This document shows, piece after piece, positions 1 to 11,318 of a stretch of 64,000 nt of DNA (the stretch's first letter is position 1; the number at the start of each line of letters is the position of its first letter). The notes beneath the pieces are model-generated. The model made no database searches. It had not been told where the DNA came from and was given only the letters and a program-made list of their open reading frames with translations. This DNA comes from an uncultured Methanomicrobiaceae archaeon. GTDB lineage: Archaea > Halobacteriota > Methanomicrobia > Methanomicrobiales > Methanoculleaceae. A program made the position numbers and the translations under genes. Location of the stretch: positions 320,001-384,000 of the forward strand of contig CAWGXH010000003.1 of assembly GCA_963826525.1 (NCBI GenBank), read 5' to 3'.

Positions 1-222
1 TCTGGTGCTGCCGTCGATCCGTAGGATCGCCTTGCCGGTATCCTGGGGGAAGCCCGGCCAGACGAGTGTCGCCGCTTTTGCTCGACCCTCGATCTCGATC
101 ACATCGCCGCTGACAAGATTGAGGGTCTTCATCATGTCGATACTTAAACGGGCAATACCCCGGCCGGCGTCTTCGTGAGCCGCCTCTTTTACGGTTACCT
201 CAACATAACTGGTATCTACCAT
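1..222 (-). CDS. cdc48: CDC48/VCP-family AAA+ ATPase, N-terminus (runs off window)
   Basis: Manual translation MVDTSYVEVTVKEAAHEDAGRGIARLSIDMMKTLNLVSGDVIEIEG...ILRIDGSTR matches the CDC48 N-domain; GAGGAGGT RBS upstream. Confidence 0.9.
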   Translation of the reverse strand, partial: MVDTSYVEVTVKEAAHEDAGRGIARLSIDMMKTLNLVSGDVIEIEGRAKAATLVWPGFPQDTGKAILRIDGSTR

Positions 223-245
223 ATGACTGACCTCCTCATGGTATG

Positions 246-275
246 TTTACCATAGGTAAATCCCAATAGTATAAA
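246..275 (-). promoter_or_regulatory. cdc48 promoter: TATA box plus palindromic operator TTTACC-ATA-GGTAAA
   Basis: TTTATA on minus strand at 270-275; perfect palindrome at 246-260 near the expected transcription start. Confidence 0.55.
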
Positions 276-296
276 AAAGTATCTCTTAAGTGAGTG

Positions 297-860
297 TTAC
301 CGGCAGGTGATGATGCCCTTTTCCGTGACGATATACTCCATGGCGATGTCATCCGGCTCGAATGGGAGGCGATCCACCTCCTGGCAGGAGTATGCTATCC
401 CGATCCTGACCGGGTGCGGGCAGCGTTCGAGGAACCGATCGTAGTACCCGGCACCATACCCGAGGCGGTTCCCCTGCCGGTCGAAGGCGAGCATCGGGAT
501 GACGACGACCTCGACATCCGCCGGATCCGCGGGGATCTCGTGGCCCAGGGGCTCGGGAACGTTAAAGGTGCCGGGGGCGAGGACCGAGAGTTCGTTGATG
601 TACGAGAGCCGGAGACTGCAGGTCTCCCGCTCGATGATCGGAACGACGACGCGCTTTCCTCCGGCGAGGAGACTCGCGATCAGCTCCTGCGTCTCGACCT
701 CCGGGGCTTTTGCGGCATAGACCATGATCGTCGTGTAGCGATCGAGCAGGGGTGCCAGCCTCTCCCGGATGGCGCTGCTCATCCGGGTGACGGCGTCACT
801 GGAGAGCTCGTTCCGCACGGCCTTTACGTGCTCGCGGATCTGCTGTTTTGTCCGGCTCAT
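297..860 (-). CDS. 5-formyltetrahydrofolate cyclo-ligase family protein
   Basis: MSRTKQQIR start; EP, AFDRQGNRLGYGAGYYDRFL and D..M..IVTE motifs. Confidence 0.9.
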   Translation of the reverse strand: MSRTKQQIREHVKAVRNELSSDAVTRMSSAIRERLAPLLDRYTTIMVYAAKAPEVETQELIASLLAGGKRVVVPIIERETCSLRLSYINELSVLAPGTFNVPEPLGHEIPADPADVEVVVIPMLAFDRQGNRLGYGAGYYDRFLERCPHPVRIGIAYSCQEVDRLPFEPDDIAMEYIVTEKGIITCR

Positions 861-945
861 CTGTACCCTTGAGTTCGACCGGAATCCAGATAAGGTTTGC
901 AGCCCGTCCGCCCGGACGGCCAACCAAAAAAAAGTGTCGGGGATA

Positions 946-2221
946 TCAGAAGGAGAAGTGCCGGGAGACGATCTTGAGTGCGCAGAAGTCGCCGCACATC
1001 GTGCACGCATCGGTATCGGCGGGCGAGCGCTCGTCGCGGATGGCACGGGCACGCTCCGGGTTGATGGCGACGGCATACTGGCGCTCCCAGTCGAGGTCGC
1101 GGCGTGCGTGTCCCATCTCGAGGTCGGCGTCGCGCTTCTTGAGCTTGATCATATCGCCGACGTGGGCGGCGATACGCGAGCTGATCACGCCTTCGTAGAC
1201 CTCTTCGGCGTTCGGGAGCGCCAGGTGCTCGGCAGGGGTGACGTAGCAGATGAAGTCCGCGCCGTGCGACGAGGCGATCGCGGCGCCGATGGCGGCGACC
1301 CGGTCGTCGTAGCCGGGGGCGATATCGGTGACGAGCGGGCCGAGCATGTAGAACGGCTTACGGTTCGTGACCCTCTTCTGGAGGACGACGTTCGTCTCGA
1401 TCTCGTCGAGCGGGATGTGCCCGGGCCCTTCGACGATCGCCTGCACGCCGAAGTTGTGCGCCTTGTCGGCGAGTTCCGCGTTGATTAAGAGCTCCTGGAT
1501 CTGGGCGCGGTCGGTCGCGTCGTGGACGGCGCCGGCACGCATCCCGTTCCCGAAGGAGAGCGTCACTTCGTGCTCTTTCAGGATCTCGAGGAGGTAATCG
1601 AACTCGGCGTAGAGCGGGTTCTCTTTCTCGTTGTGCAGCATCCACGCGGTCATGAATGCTCCGCCCCGGGAGACCAGGCCGCCGTGGCGCCCCTGGTTCT
1701 GCAGGCGCTTCATCGTCTCATAGTTGATGCCGGTGTGGATCGCCATGAAGTTCGTACCGAGCTTCGCCTGCTCCTCGGTCGCCTTGAAGATGGCGTCTTC
1801 CTCCATGTGGATGACGGCGCCGAACTTCCGTGCGGCCTCGATGAATGCCTGGTAGAGCGGCACGGACCCGACGGAGAGATCGGTGGCCTCGACGACCCGG
1901 CGCCGGATCTCGAGGAAGTCGCCGCCCGTGGAGAGCTCCATCAGAGAATCGGCACCGGCCACGCTTTGCCTGCCGCGCCTTCTCGACCTCGTTGTCGATA
2001 TCGATGATATCCGAGGAGGTCCCGATGCTTGCGTTGACCTTGGTCCTGAGGCCTTCGCCGATACCGCAGAGCGCAACGTCACGGTAGGGGGAGACCGGGA
2101 TGACGATATGCCCACCGGCGATGCCGCGCCTGACAAAATCTTCGGGGACGCCCTCCTGCCGGGCGACGATCTTCATCTCTTCGGTAATGATGCCCTTCTT
2201 TGCATCCTCTATGAGACCCAT
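946..2221 (-). CDS. thiC: Phosphomethylpyrimidine synthase ThiC (frameshift near 1965)
   Basis: [33 protein letters not shown] and CTMCGDFC motifs split over two frames. Confidence 0.93.
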
Positions 2222-2398
2222 ACTACTATCGTTGGAAGAAAGAGTAATTAAAGGCTCTTTTTTGGGAATCGGGAGGAAATTGTGCTTGTTCTCTTCGCAA
2301 GTAAATTTGTTTACTATTAGTCAGGTACAGTTGCATTGCACGGATGCGAACTTATTCAAGAAAACCGAGCCAATTATGCTGTTATGAGGGTAGATGGC

Positions 2399-3107
2399 GT
2401 GAAGGTGAATTTCGGAGGCCTTGTCCCGATCAGCACCGTCGACTGGCGTGGACGCGCCGTCTGCACGGTATTCTTCCGCGGGTGCTCCGCGGACTGCTAC
2501 TACTGCCACAACCGTGCCATCAGGAGCGGCGAAGACCGGCGCGATCTCGATGAGATCGTCGCACTGATCGGCGAGTCCCGTCTCCTCATAAGCGGCGTGG
2601 TCTTCTCCGGCGGCGAGGCGACGATGCAGCCGCAGGCTCTCGTCCGTCTTGCCGAAGAGTGCAGAAATCTCGGGCTCCTCGTCGGACTGCATACGAACGG
2701 CGTCTATCCGGAAACGCTCGCGGAGCCTATCGACCGGCACCTCGTGGATATGGTCGCGCTCGACATCAAGACCACGCTTCGAGCACTACGACGATCTGCT
2801 CGGCCTCGCCTGCACGGAGCAGGTGAAGCAGTCGCTCGCCCTCTGCAAAGAAGCCTATCTGCGAGGCGATCTCGAGTCGTTCGAGGTTGTGGTGACCATG
2901 TTCCGTGGACGGGAGGACGATGTCCGGTATATCGCCCCGCTCGTGGAGGAGGTGCCCCTGGTACTCCAGCAGGGAGTCTTCGCCGCCGCATCTCCACTGA
3001 CCCGGAGCGATCTCGAGACGCTCGCCGCCCCACTCCGCCGGCAGGTGAGGATCCGCACCCGCGAGGAGGGGGAGGTCACGTTCGGGGCGGGCTCCCGGGA
3101 CGAGTGA
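2399..3107 (+). CDS. nrdG: Anaerobic ribonucleotide reductase activating radical SAM protein (frameshift near 2778)
   Basis: ISTVDW, CSADCYYCHN (CxxxCxxC), FSGGE, HTNG and LDIK motifs. Confidence 0.8.
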
Positions 3108-3330
3108 GCGTGTCCGTGCGGATTCACGATCGGTCGTTAAGCATAATATACTCAGGAACGCACCTTACTGAACGGAACCATTCGTCGCGTGCTCCGCCTG
3201 CGGGCAGCGACTACTCTCTGCACGAGCCGGAAAAAAGCATCCGGTCGATACGGTATACCGGTGTGCAGGATTTCCCGAAAACCCGGGAGAACGGAAGTTT
3301 TTTGAATGGAGTAGAGGGAGATTTGCGTTG

Positions 3331-3879
3331 ATGAGGGTCATAGGTGTTGTAGGACTGCCGGGGAGCGGTAAAGGGGAAGTATCCCGGATTGCCCGGGAGA
3401 ATGGTATCCCCGTCGTGGTGATGGGCGACGCCATACGGAGGCGCGTGACGGAGGCGGGAATGCCCACGACCGACAAAAACCTCGGCGAGATGTCGCGGCG
3501 TCTCCGCGAAGAGATCGGGATGGACGCCATCGCCAGGCTCAGCATACCGGTGATCGAGAGCCGGTCGTCCCCCGTCGTGCTGGTGGACGGGATCAGGGGA
3601 GACTACGAGGTGGAGACGTTCCGGCGGCAATTCCCGGACTTTCTGCTGATCGGCATTCGCGCATCCTTCGCAACCCGCCTCGCCCGCCTCGTACAGAGGG
3701 GGCGTTCCGACGATACATCCGCTGCTGCAGATCTGCAGTGCCGGGACGAGCGCGAACTCGGCTGGGGGCTCGGCCGGGCGCTCGAGCAGGCCGACACCGT
3801 GATCGAGAACGACGGAACGGTGGGCGACCTCGCCATACAGGTGCGCGAACTCCTTCGGCAGGCAGGGAGTCTGCCATGA
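3331..3879 (+). CDS. Archaeal dephospho-CoA kinase-like P-loop protein (UPF0200)
   Basis: GLPGSGKG Walker A; MGD, DGIR, RGRSDD and RDERELGWG motifs. Confidence 0.8.
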   Translation: MRVIGVVGLPGSGKGEVSRIARENGIPVVVMGDAIRRRVTEAGMPTTDKNLGEMSRRLREEIGMDAIARLSIPVIESRSSPVVLVDGIRGDYEVETFRRQFPDFLLIGIRASFATRLARLVQRGRSDDTSAAADLQCRDERELGWGLGRALEQADTVIENDGTVGDLAIQVRELLRQAGSLP

Positions 3880-4650
3880 CCTTAAAGCCCTACTTCTCCT
3901 CGTCGTCGAAGGTCTGGGAGCCCCGGAACTGGATCTACGGGATCGAAGAGGCAGGGTATGCCGGGTGGGAGATCGTCGCGGACGGCAGGTACCGGTTCGA
4001 TAATCCCGGGACGTTCCGGGAGATCCGGGAGGAACTTTCGAGCACCGGCCTTGCCGCATCGGTGCATGCACCCTACAGCGACCTGAATCTCGCCTCGGTG
4101 AACTATCCCATCTGGCGGGAGTCGGTCGGACAGATCTGCACCTGCATCGAGTATGCGGCGGAACTGACCGACCGGGTGATGCGTCCATCCCGGTTTCGCC
4201 TCGCCCGTCGGGAAACTGGTGCCCGAGAAGATGTGGGAGATGCAGAAGAACGCGCTCGTCGAGATTGGACGCTTTGCCGCCGACCGGGGCGTCCTTGCAT
4301 GCCTTGAGAATATGATCAGCATCCGGGAGTTCCTCTGCCGGTATCCGGAGGAGATCCTCGGCATGACCGAAGACATCGAGGGCGTCGGCGTTACGTTCGA
4401 CGTGGGGCACGCGAACACGAACGGTGCCGTCGGATCGTTCCTCCCGTACCTGAACCGGATAAACCACGTCCACGTCCACGACAACCACGGAAAGCAGGAC
4501 GAGCACCTGCCGCTCGGGGACGGGACGGTCGACTGGGAGAGCGTCGGGCGAGCCGTCGCCGCCGAATACTCCGGGATAGTCGTCGTTGAGGGGCGGACGC
4601 TCGACGAAGCGAAACGGAGTCTTGCAGCTTTCGGGAAGTGGTTCGTATAG
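3876..4650 (+). CDS. Sugar phosphate isomerase/epimerase TIM-barrel protein (frameshift near 4190)
   Basis: SVHAPYSDLN, LEN, FDVGHA and HVHDNHGKQDEHLPLGDG motifs. Confidence 0.85.
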
Positions 4651-5594
4651 CCGGCGAGACGCTCCACGTCCACTTCCTCGGCACCGCCGGGGCGCTCCCC
4701 GCTCCGCAGAGGAACCCCTCCTGCATCATGATCCGGCGGGGCTCGGACGCAATCCTCTTCGACTGCGGCGAGGGTGCGCAGCAGCAGATGATGCGTGCAC
4801 GGACGGGTTTTGGCGTCGACGCGATCTTCGTCACCCACTGGCACGCCGATCACTTCCTCGGCATCTTCGGCCTCGTGGAGTCGCTCTCCTTCATGGGGAG
4901 GACGGACGAACCCCTCCACATCTACGGCCCTGACTGGGTGCACGAGTTCATCAGTGTCCTCCGAACGGTCGCCCGGCATAACGTTCGGTTCCCCGTCCAC
5001 GGGCATACCCTCGGGCACGGGGACGTCGTACCGTTTCCGGGGTTCACGGTCAGGGCGTTTGCCACGCGCCACGGCATCACGAGTCTCGGCTACGTCCTCG
5101 AAGAGGATGAGCGCCCCGGGAAATTCGACAGAGAGCGGGCGATCGCGCTCGGCGTCCCGCCGGGCCCGCTCTTCGGAAGGCTGCAGCGCGGCGAGACCGT
5201 CAGGATAGTGCGGGACGGCAGTGATGTCGAGATCCGGCCCTCCGATGTCATGGGCGAGCTGCGGCCCGGGCGGAAGGTCGTCTATACCGGGGATACCCGG
5301 CCGATGCAGCAGGAGAGCGGGGTAGCGGGGATGATGCAGGATGCGGATCTCCTGATCCACGATGCGACCTTCGACGATGAGGATGCCGCGAGAGCGGCCG
5401 AGGTTCTCCACTCCACGGCGGGGGAGGCCGGGGAGGCGGCGGAAGCGCTCAATGCCCGGATGCTGGCTCTCGTTCACGTAAGTTCCCGCTATACGAGCAC
5501 GGCAAACCATATACGCGATGCAAAGAAACGATATACGGGAGAAATCATCGCACCGGCCGATCTCTCGGTGCTTGAAATAACCTACAGGAGCTGA
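4638..5594 (+). CDS. rnz: Ribonuclease Z
   Basis: FLGTAG, FDCGEG, THWHADH, exosite GVPPGP, YTGDT, HDATF and HST motifs. Confidence 0.95.
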   Translation: MVRIAGETLHVHFLGTAGALPAPQRNPSCIMIRRGSDAILFDCGEGAQQQMMRARTGFGVDAIFVTHWHADHFLGIFGLVESLSFMGRTDEPLHIYGPDWVHEFISVLRTVARHNVRFPVHGHTLGHGDVVPFPGFTVRAFATRHGITSLGYVLEEDERPGKFDRERAIALGVPPGPLFGRLQRGETVRIVRDGSDVEIRPSDVMGELRPGRKVVYTGDTRPMQQESGVAGMMQDADLLIHDATFDDEDAARAAEVLHSTAGEAGEAAEALNARMLALVHVSSRYTSTANHIRDAKKRYTGEIIAPADLSVLEITYRS

Positions 5595-5607
5595 GTGACG
5601 GTGGACG

Positions 5608-6814
5608 GTGATACCGATGGTGCAGGGCATAGCGAGCCGGTACCGCCTCATTCTGACCGGTCTTCTTGCCCTGCTCGTCACCACTGCAGCGGGTAGCATC
5701 GCCGGGATCTATCTCGGATCGGCAGCCGACGTGCTCGCACTGATACCCGGCCTGATGGTTCTCCTGCCGGCCTCGATCGACATGCGGGGGAACATCTCCG
5801 GCGTCTTTGCATCCAGGCTCTCGAGCCTCGATGCACCTCGGCGAGTTCGAGGTGGCCTTCGATGAGGGCTCCGTCCTCGGCGACAACCTTCGTGCTTCCC
5901 TGATAATCTCCGTCCTGACGGCATTCTTCCTCGGCATCGTTGCGAACGCCGTCGGCATCGCCTTCGGTATCGAGGTCCTCGGCGTACTCGATCTCGTCCT
6001 GATCTCGCTTCTCTCCGGGGTGCTCTCGAGCATCGTCATCCTCCTGTTCACCATTCTCCTCTCGATCGCAAGTTACCGCTACGGGCTCGACCTCGATATG
6101 GTCGGTGCACCGGCCGTGACGACCGCCGGGGATATCGTCACCATTCCGGTACTCATCGCGTCCGCCGTTCTGGTTATGGTACTTCCGCCGGAGGTCAGAA
6201 CCGTGCTTGCTCTCGCTGCAGTCGTGACCGTCGCCGCCGCCCTCGTCTACACCCGGGCCGCGAGCGCGTCCGTGAGAAGGCTCGTCACCGAGCGGACACT
6301 CCTTCTTCTCCCGCTCTCGCTTCTCGGGATTCTGGCGGGAGCGACCTACGAGGCCGGGCTTGACGAGCTCGTCGCCTTCGCTGCATTTCTGATCCTCATA
6401 CCGCCGTACATGGGAGGGCTCGGTTCCATTGGCGGCATCCTCGCATCCCGCCTCGCAACCGAGATGCATATGGGAACGATATCGCCTGCGCTTCTCCCCG
6501 GGCGCGAAGCGGCGCATCACTTTATTATCACCTACTTCTATACGTTGATACTGCTTCCTCTAATAGCGGTAATCGCCCATGCGGCCGCGGTTCTGCTGGG
6601 GCTCGCAAGCCCCGGCCTCGGGGTGATGGTGGCGATCAGTCTGCTCGCAGGGCTCCTGATCGTAACGCTGGTGAATGCCGTGGCCTACGTCACTGCCAGC
6701 GTCTCGTTCCGTTACGGGCTCGATCCGGATAATTTCGGTATCCCGGTGATCACGAGCATCATCGACCTGATCGGCGCGACCGCGCTTATTGCCGTGATAA
6801 ATATCGTGCTATAG
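5608..6814 (+). CDS. MgtE-type integral membrane divalent cation transporter (frameshift near 5830)
   Basis: Duplicated MgtE membrane domains: GNISGVFASRL, GLDLD..., GLDPDNFGIPVITSIID. Confidence 0.85.
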
Positions 6815-6824
6815 TGAAAGATAT

Positions 6825-8048
6825 ATGAAAAGAACGCTAATGAGACCTATGATGGAACGTGACTATCAGCCGGTCAGCTTCAAGGATGTCCTGATAGAGA
6901 TGAAGGATATCTCCGAGCTGATGGTTGACCTCTCATATTCCGCCATACTCTTCGACAGTAAAGAGATTGCACTTGAAGTGATCAATCTCGAAGAGAGCAT
7001 GAATAAACTGGTCTACCAGGCCAGAATTCAGAGCGTGCTCGGAGCAAGACGGCTCGAAGAGGCGGAAGCGATGAGCGGGATGCTCCAGGTGGCCGAGGCC
7101 GCAGAGAAGATCGCAAACTCCGCCTCGGACGTCGCCAAGCTCATCTTAAAGGAGGTCCGGTTTCCGGCGGAACTCAAGAGGGTTCTTCCCGAGGCCGAAG
7201 AGGTCGTGGCACGCGTTGTGGTCGACGCCGGAAGCGACCTTGACGGACGGACGCTCGGCGGCCTGAAGCTGCAGAGCACGAGCGGTATGCAGGTGATCGC
7301 CATCCGCCGGGGCAGGGGATGGATCTATGATCCGGGCAGGGAGACCGGGATCGCGGCCGGAGACATTCTGCTCGCGAAGGGTCCTGAAGGGGGCGCCGAA
7401 CTCCTCTCCCGGATGGCGGGCGCCGGGGAGTATCCCCGCCGGGAACCGCGGACCACCGGCATCCCCGATGACCTCGACCGGGTCGTCAAGCTCATCATCG
7501 AGATGAAGAACATCAGCGAGCTCACCGTCGGGCTTGCCTACACGTCCCTGCTCTTCAACAACAAGGAGGTCGCTCACGAGGTGGTCGTCCTCGATGCGGC
7601 GATGGACGACATGCGCTACGACCTCGATCTCTGGATCCTCGAAGCGGCGAAGAAGATCGACGACGTGAAGGAGCTTCGGGGACTGCTCTATATGTCGTCG
7701 TTCGCCGAGGCGATCAGCAATGCGGCCCGTGCCGTCGTCGATGTCCTCCTTCGCGACATCGAGATCCCGCCGGTCTTCAAGAAGATCGTCCGCGAGTCGG
7801 ACGAGATCATCACCCGGGTACCGGTGGGCGCATCCTCTCCCCTCGTGGGACGAACGCTCAAAGAGGCCACCCTCGGGACGGTCACGGGGATGGTGGTGCT
7901 CGCGATAAAGAGCCGTGACCGGTGGATATACCGGCCCGGAAAGAACGTCTGCCTCCGGAGCGGTGATATTATCATTGCGAAAGGCAGAAGAGATGGTGAA
8001 TGCAGGCTCTACGAGCTTGCCGGGTTCACGCGTGAAGAATCAGAATAA
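6825..8048 (+). CDS. PhoU/TrkA-C domain protein
   Basis: Two EMKDISELMVDLSYSA-type PhoU repeats, each followed by TrkA-C (VIAIRRG..WIY.P); adjacent to mgtE. Confidence 0.85.
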   Translation: MKRTLMRPMMERDYQPVSFKDVLIEMKDISELMVDLSYSAILFDSKEIALEVINLEESMNKLVYQARIQSVLGARRLEEAEAMSGMLQVAEAAEKIANSASDVAKLILKEVRFPAELKRVLPEAEEVVARVVVDAGSDLDGRTLGGLKLQSTSGMQVIAIRRGRGWIYDPGRETGIAAGDILLAKGPEGGAELLSRMAGAGEYPRREPRTTGIPDDLDRVVKLIIEMKNISELTVGLAYTSLLFNNKEVAHEVVVLDAAMDDMRYDLDLWILEAAKKIDDVKELRGLLYMSSFAEAISNAARAVVDVLLRDIEIPPVFKKIVRESDEIITRVPVGASSPLVGRTLKEATLGTVTGMVVLAIKSRDRWIYRPGKNVCLRSGDIIIAKGRRDGECRLYELAGFTREESE

Positions 8049-8062
8049 TTGGGAGAATCACA

Positions 8063-9898
8063 ATGGCAGATACGACAGATACGATCGTTTACCGGCTCAG
8101 CGCGAACTGTGACCTCGACGAGGTCGAGGAAGGAAAGATGTACCTCGGGCGGGTCCAGGGCTTTGCTACTTTCGGTGTCTTTGTTCAGTTAAACGACCGG
8201 ATAAAAGGACTTGTTCATAAAAGCAATATTAAATCGGAGCATAGTGAGCGCGATCCGATCATCGTCGAGGTGCTGCAGATCAGGAAGAACGGCAATATCG
8301 ACCTTGAAGAAGTGACGCCGCAGGTCTACCAGACCGAGACCGTGACGAAGGCGATGCCGACGATCCGCCTCTCCGACCTCGGGCGTAAGATCGGCAGGAC
8401 GGTGATGATCGAGGCCGAGGTGGCGCAGATCAAGCAGACCTCAGGGCCGACCATCTTCACGCTCGTGGACGAGTCCGCCACCGAGAACGCCGCTGCGTTC
8501 ATCGAGGCGGGAGTCCGGGCATACCCCGAAGCGCAGCTCGGCGACATCGTCGGCGTCGTCGGCGAGGTGATGCAGCGGAATAATCAGCTCCAGATCGAGG
8601 TATCCTCGCTCTCCGTCCTCGAACCCGAGGATGCAGACCGGGTGCGAGCCCGGATCGATAAGGCGCTCGACGAGCGGGCGGAGCCTGAAGATATGCCGTT
8701 CCTGATCGAGAGCGACGTCTTCGAGCGGCTGAAACCGGCGATGCGGAACGTGGCGAAGCAGATTCGAAAGGCGGTCTTTACCGCGCAGCCGATCGTTCTC
8801 CGGCACCACGCCGATGCAGACGGGATCTGCGCCGCCGTTGCGGTCGAGACTGCCGTCACCGCCCTTCTCCGGGAGAGCGGCGGGGACTTCGACGCCGAGT
8901 ACTTCCTCTTCAAGAGGGCTCCGTCGAAGGCTCCGTTCTACGAGATAGAGGATATTACCCGGGACCTTGATTTTGCCCTGAAGGACAACATCCGGTACGG
9001 TCAGAAGATACCGATGATCCTCCTGATGGACAACGGATCGACGGAAGAGGATGTGCCGGCGATGAAGGTTACCCAGATCTACGGGTTCCCGGTCGTCGTC
9101 GTCGACCACCACCACCCGGACGAGATCGTGGATCAGTACCTGGTCGGTCACGTCAACCCCTACCACGTCGGCGGCGACTTCGGGATCACCGCAGGCATGC
9201 TCGGCACCGAGATCGCCCGCATGATCAATCCGGCGGTGGAGGAGCAGATCAAGCACCTGCCGGCGATCGCCGCTGTCGGCGACCGGAGCGAGGCTCCGGA
9301 GCGGGCACGCTACCTGGATCTCGCCTCGCCCGCCTACTCCGAGCAGCACTGCAAGGATATCGCGCTTGCTCTCGATTATGAGCAGTTCTGGCTCAGGTTT
9401 AACGACGGACGTGAGATCGTCAAGGATATCGTCAATTTGAGCGGCAACACCGAGCGGCATATGAAGTTCGTCGACCTGCTCACGACCGAGGCGAACTCTG
9501 CTATCGAAGAGCAGATGGAAGCGATCATGCCGCATGTGGTCTCGCGGGTTCTGCCGAATGGAGCGAACCTCTTCATGCTGGACGTCGAGATGTACGCTCA
9601 TCGGTTCACATTCCCGCCGCCCGGTAAGACCTCGGGCGAGGTTCACGACCGCCTGGTCCGGCAGCATCCCGGCGAGCCGGTGGTGACGCTCGGGTTTGGG
9701 CCCGACTTCGCCGTGCTGCGCTCGAAGGGCGTCATGATGAACATCCCCCGGATGGTCCGGGAACTGCGGCAGGAGATCATCGGCGGCGGCGTCAACGGCG
9801 GCGGACATCTGGTGGTCGGGAGCATCAAGTTCGTCGAAGGGATGCGGGATGCCGTGCTCGAAGACCTGATCGAGAAGATCGGCCAGGCACCTATCTGA
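8063..9898 (+). CDS. Archaeal RecJ-like DHH phosphoesterase with S1/OB domains
   Basis: S1 (FGVFVQL), OB fold (QTSGPTIF), HHADADG, DNGS, VDHH and GGGH motifs. Confidence 0.9.
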   Translation: MADTTDTIVYRLSANCDLDEVEEGKMYLGRVQGFATFGVFVQLNDRIKGLVHKSNIKSEHSERDPIIVEVLQIRKNGNIDLEEVTPQVYQTETVTKAMPTIRLSDLGRKIGRTVMIEAEVAQIKQTSGPTIFTLVDESATENAAAFIEAGVRAYPEAQLGDIVGVVGEVMQRNNQLQIEVSSLSVLEPEDADRVRARIDKALDERAEPEDMPFLIESDVFERLKPAMRNVAKQIRKAVFTAQPIVLRHHADADGICAAVAVETAVTALLRESGGDFDAEYFLFKRAPSKAPFYEIEDITRDLDFALKDNIRYGQKIPMILLMDNGSTEEDVPAMKVTQIYGFPVVVVDHHHPDEIVDQYLVGHVNPYHVGGDFGITAGMLGTEIARMINPAVEEQIKHLPAIAAVGDRSEAPERARYLDLASPAYSEQHCKDIALALDYEQFWLRFNDGREIVKDIVNLSGNTERHMKFVDLLTTEANSAIEEQMEAIMPHVVSRVLPNGANLFMLDVEMYAHRFTFPPPGKTSGEVHDRLVRQHPGEPVVTLGFGPDFAVLRSKGVMMNIPRMVRELRQEIIGGGVNGGGHLVVGSIKFVEGMRDAVLEDLIEKIGQAPI

Positions 9899-9945
9899 CC
9901 CGCGTCCCCGGGAAATCTCCCGTTACACTTCTCTCCGGTACGATC

Positions 9946-9990
9946 CGAAGCGGGCCCCTTGCGGCCGCTTCGTGTTTCCGCTCTCTTTTC
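9946..9990 (+). terminator. Hairpin followed by pyrimidine tract after the recJ-like gene
   Basis: CGAAGCGG (9946-9953) pairs with CCGCTTCG (9965-9972), then T/C-rich sequence. Confidence 0.35.
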
Positions 9991-10162
9991 GGGCTCTCCG
10001 GGGCTTTTTCAAGAGCCTCGTACAAAGAAGTCTCTGCTATTCCAACCTCACGGGATAGCCCATCGCCACCTCGTCTCTGGGGAAAACTTCCGGCCGACGC
10101 CTCCCCTGCATTGTATTTCGACCGAAATATAAATATGCAATTATCGTTCAGAGGGTCTCCTT

Positions 10163-11057
10163 ATGTCAGTCAACAGACGAGCGCTTACAGGCCTCCTGAT
10201 GGCCCTGCTGGTGGTGGGATGCATCATCGCCACACCGGCAGCGGCCGGGGTCGTGAGCCCGACAGAGGCACCGACCGAGATCCCGCTCGGTGAAATAACC
10301 GTGAATGAAACGGTGGCGACCGAAACTCCTTCTGCCACGGAGACCTCGATCAGCGGACAGGCCGTGACGGAGACGGAGACCGTTACCGAGACCGTGACTG
10401 AAACCGTTACCGAGACGGTAACCGAAACGCCTACCGAGACGGAGACCGTTACCGAGAGCGTTACCGAGGAGCCCATAGCCGCAGAGGCAGCTGAACCTGA
10501 GCAGTACAGTGATCCAGGTCGAGCCGGGAGAGACGATCACGGTAGGCAGCGATCCGCAGTCTTTCGACCTCACCGGGCTTCGGAACACGACGGGCGGTGA
10601 AGACCTGCCCATCACCGAGCTGCGTGCGTACGACAACGATAATCCCGAGACAGGCACCCTTGTAAATACCGTCGACGTCGGTTCCGACGACTCGGACGTC
10701 GAGCTTTCGGCATCCGACTTCGGCAACACCTTCGGCATGTACTACCCCTACGACGGGCAGAATGTTGTCGACAACCCGATCGATGTCACGGAGGAGAGCG
10801 GTAGTGTCGTAGATAATCAAACGGCCAACGAGACGACGACCACCGAGGTGACGGAAACACCCAACGAGACGGTGACAACCGAGACGACGACCGAGGAAGT
10901 GACGACGGAGATGACGGCACAGCCGACGTTCACGACGATGCAGGAGGAGACGACGCCCTCACCGACAACGACGGCTACTCCGGTCTCGATTCCGATCGTC
11001 CTCGGGGCTCTTGGCATATTCGGCCTTCTGATCGCCGTGAGGAGGAACAAGAGATAA
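10163..11057 (+). CDS. Thr/Glu-rich cell-surface glycoprotein with signal peptide and C-terminal anchor (frameshift near 10500)
   Basis: Signal peptide, TETV repeats, N-x-T sequons, C-terminal TPVSIP + TM helix + RRNKR. Confidence 0.8.
10365..10470 (+). repeat. Imperfect 12-bp tandem repeat encoding (TETV)n
   Basis: Repeated ACCGAGACSGTN units. Confidence 0.7.
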
Positions 11058-11318
11058 ATCTCCGCTCCATTTTTCCCGCCGGAACGACTATCATTCTTCT
11101 CAGCATACACCGATCTACAGGAGCGTAACCTCCGCTCTCTTCCTTGCGGAGAGGTGTACGCGTCTACATCCCGGTTCTCCCTTCGAGTACGGTAACAACC
11201 TCTCAAAGACAACCGGAATATCAATAATCCGTTAAGCTCCGGTGCAATCGGGGTTAACAAATAGGTAAATATATATACTGTGCTGGATAAAATGGAGCTG
11301 CTCACGAGGGAAGAGTTA

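Noticed and set aside
1960-2780. Programmed ribosomal frameshifting in thiC/nrdG
   Set aside because: No slippery heptamer or consistent stimulator; indels occur throughout the window
3882-5699. Long antisense ORFs (also 8441-9808, 38877-40340, 49371-50564, 59716-60855)
   Set aside because: Shadow frames of recognised genes in GC-rich DNA, with no protein motifs
10365-10470. CRISPR-like or intergenic tandem repeat
   Set aside because: 12-bp units encode a TETV linker inside a surface protein
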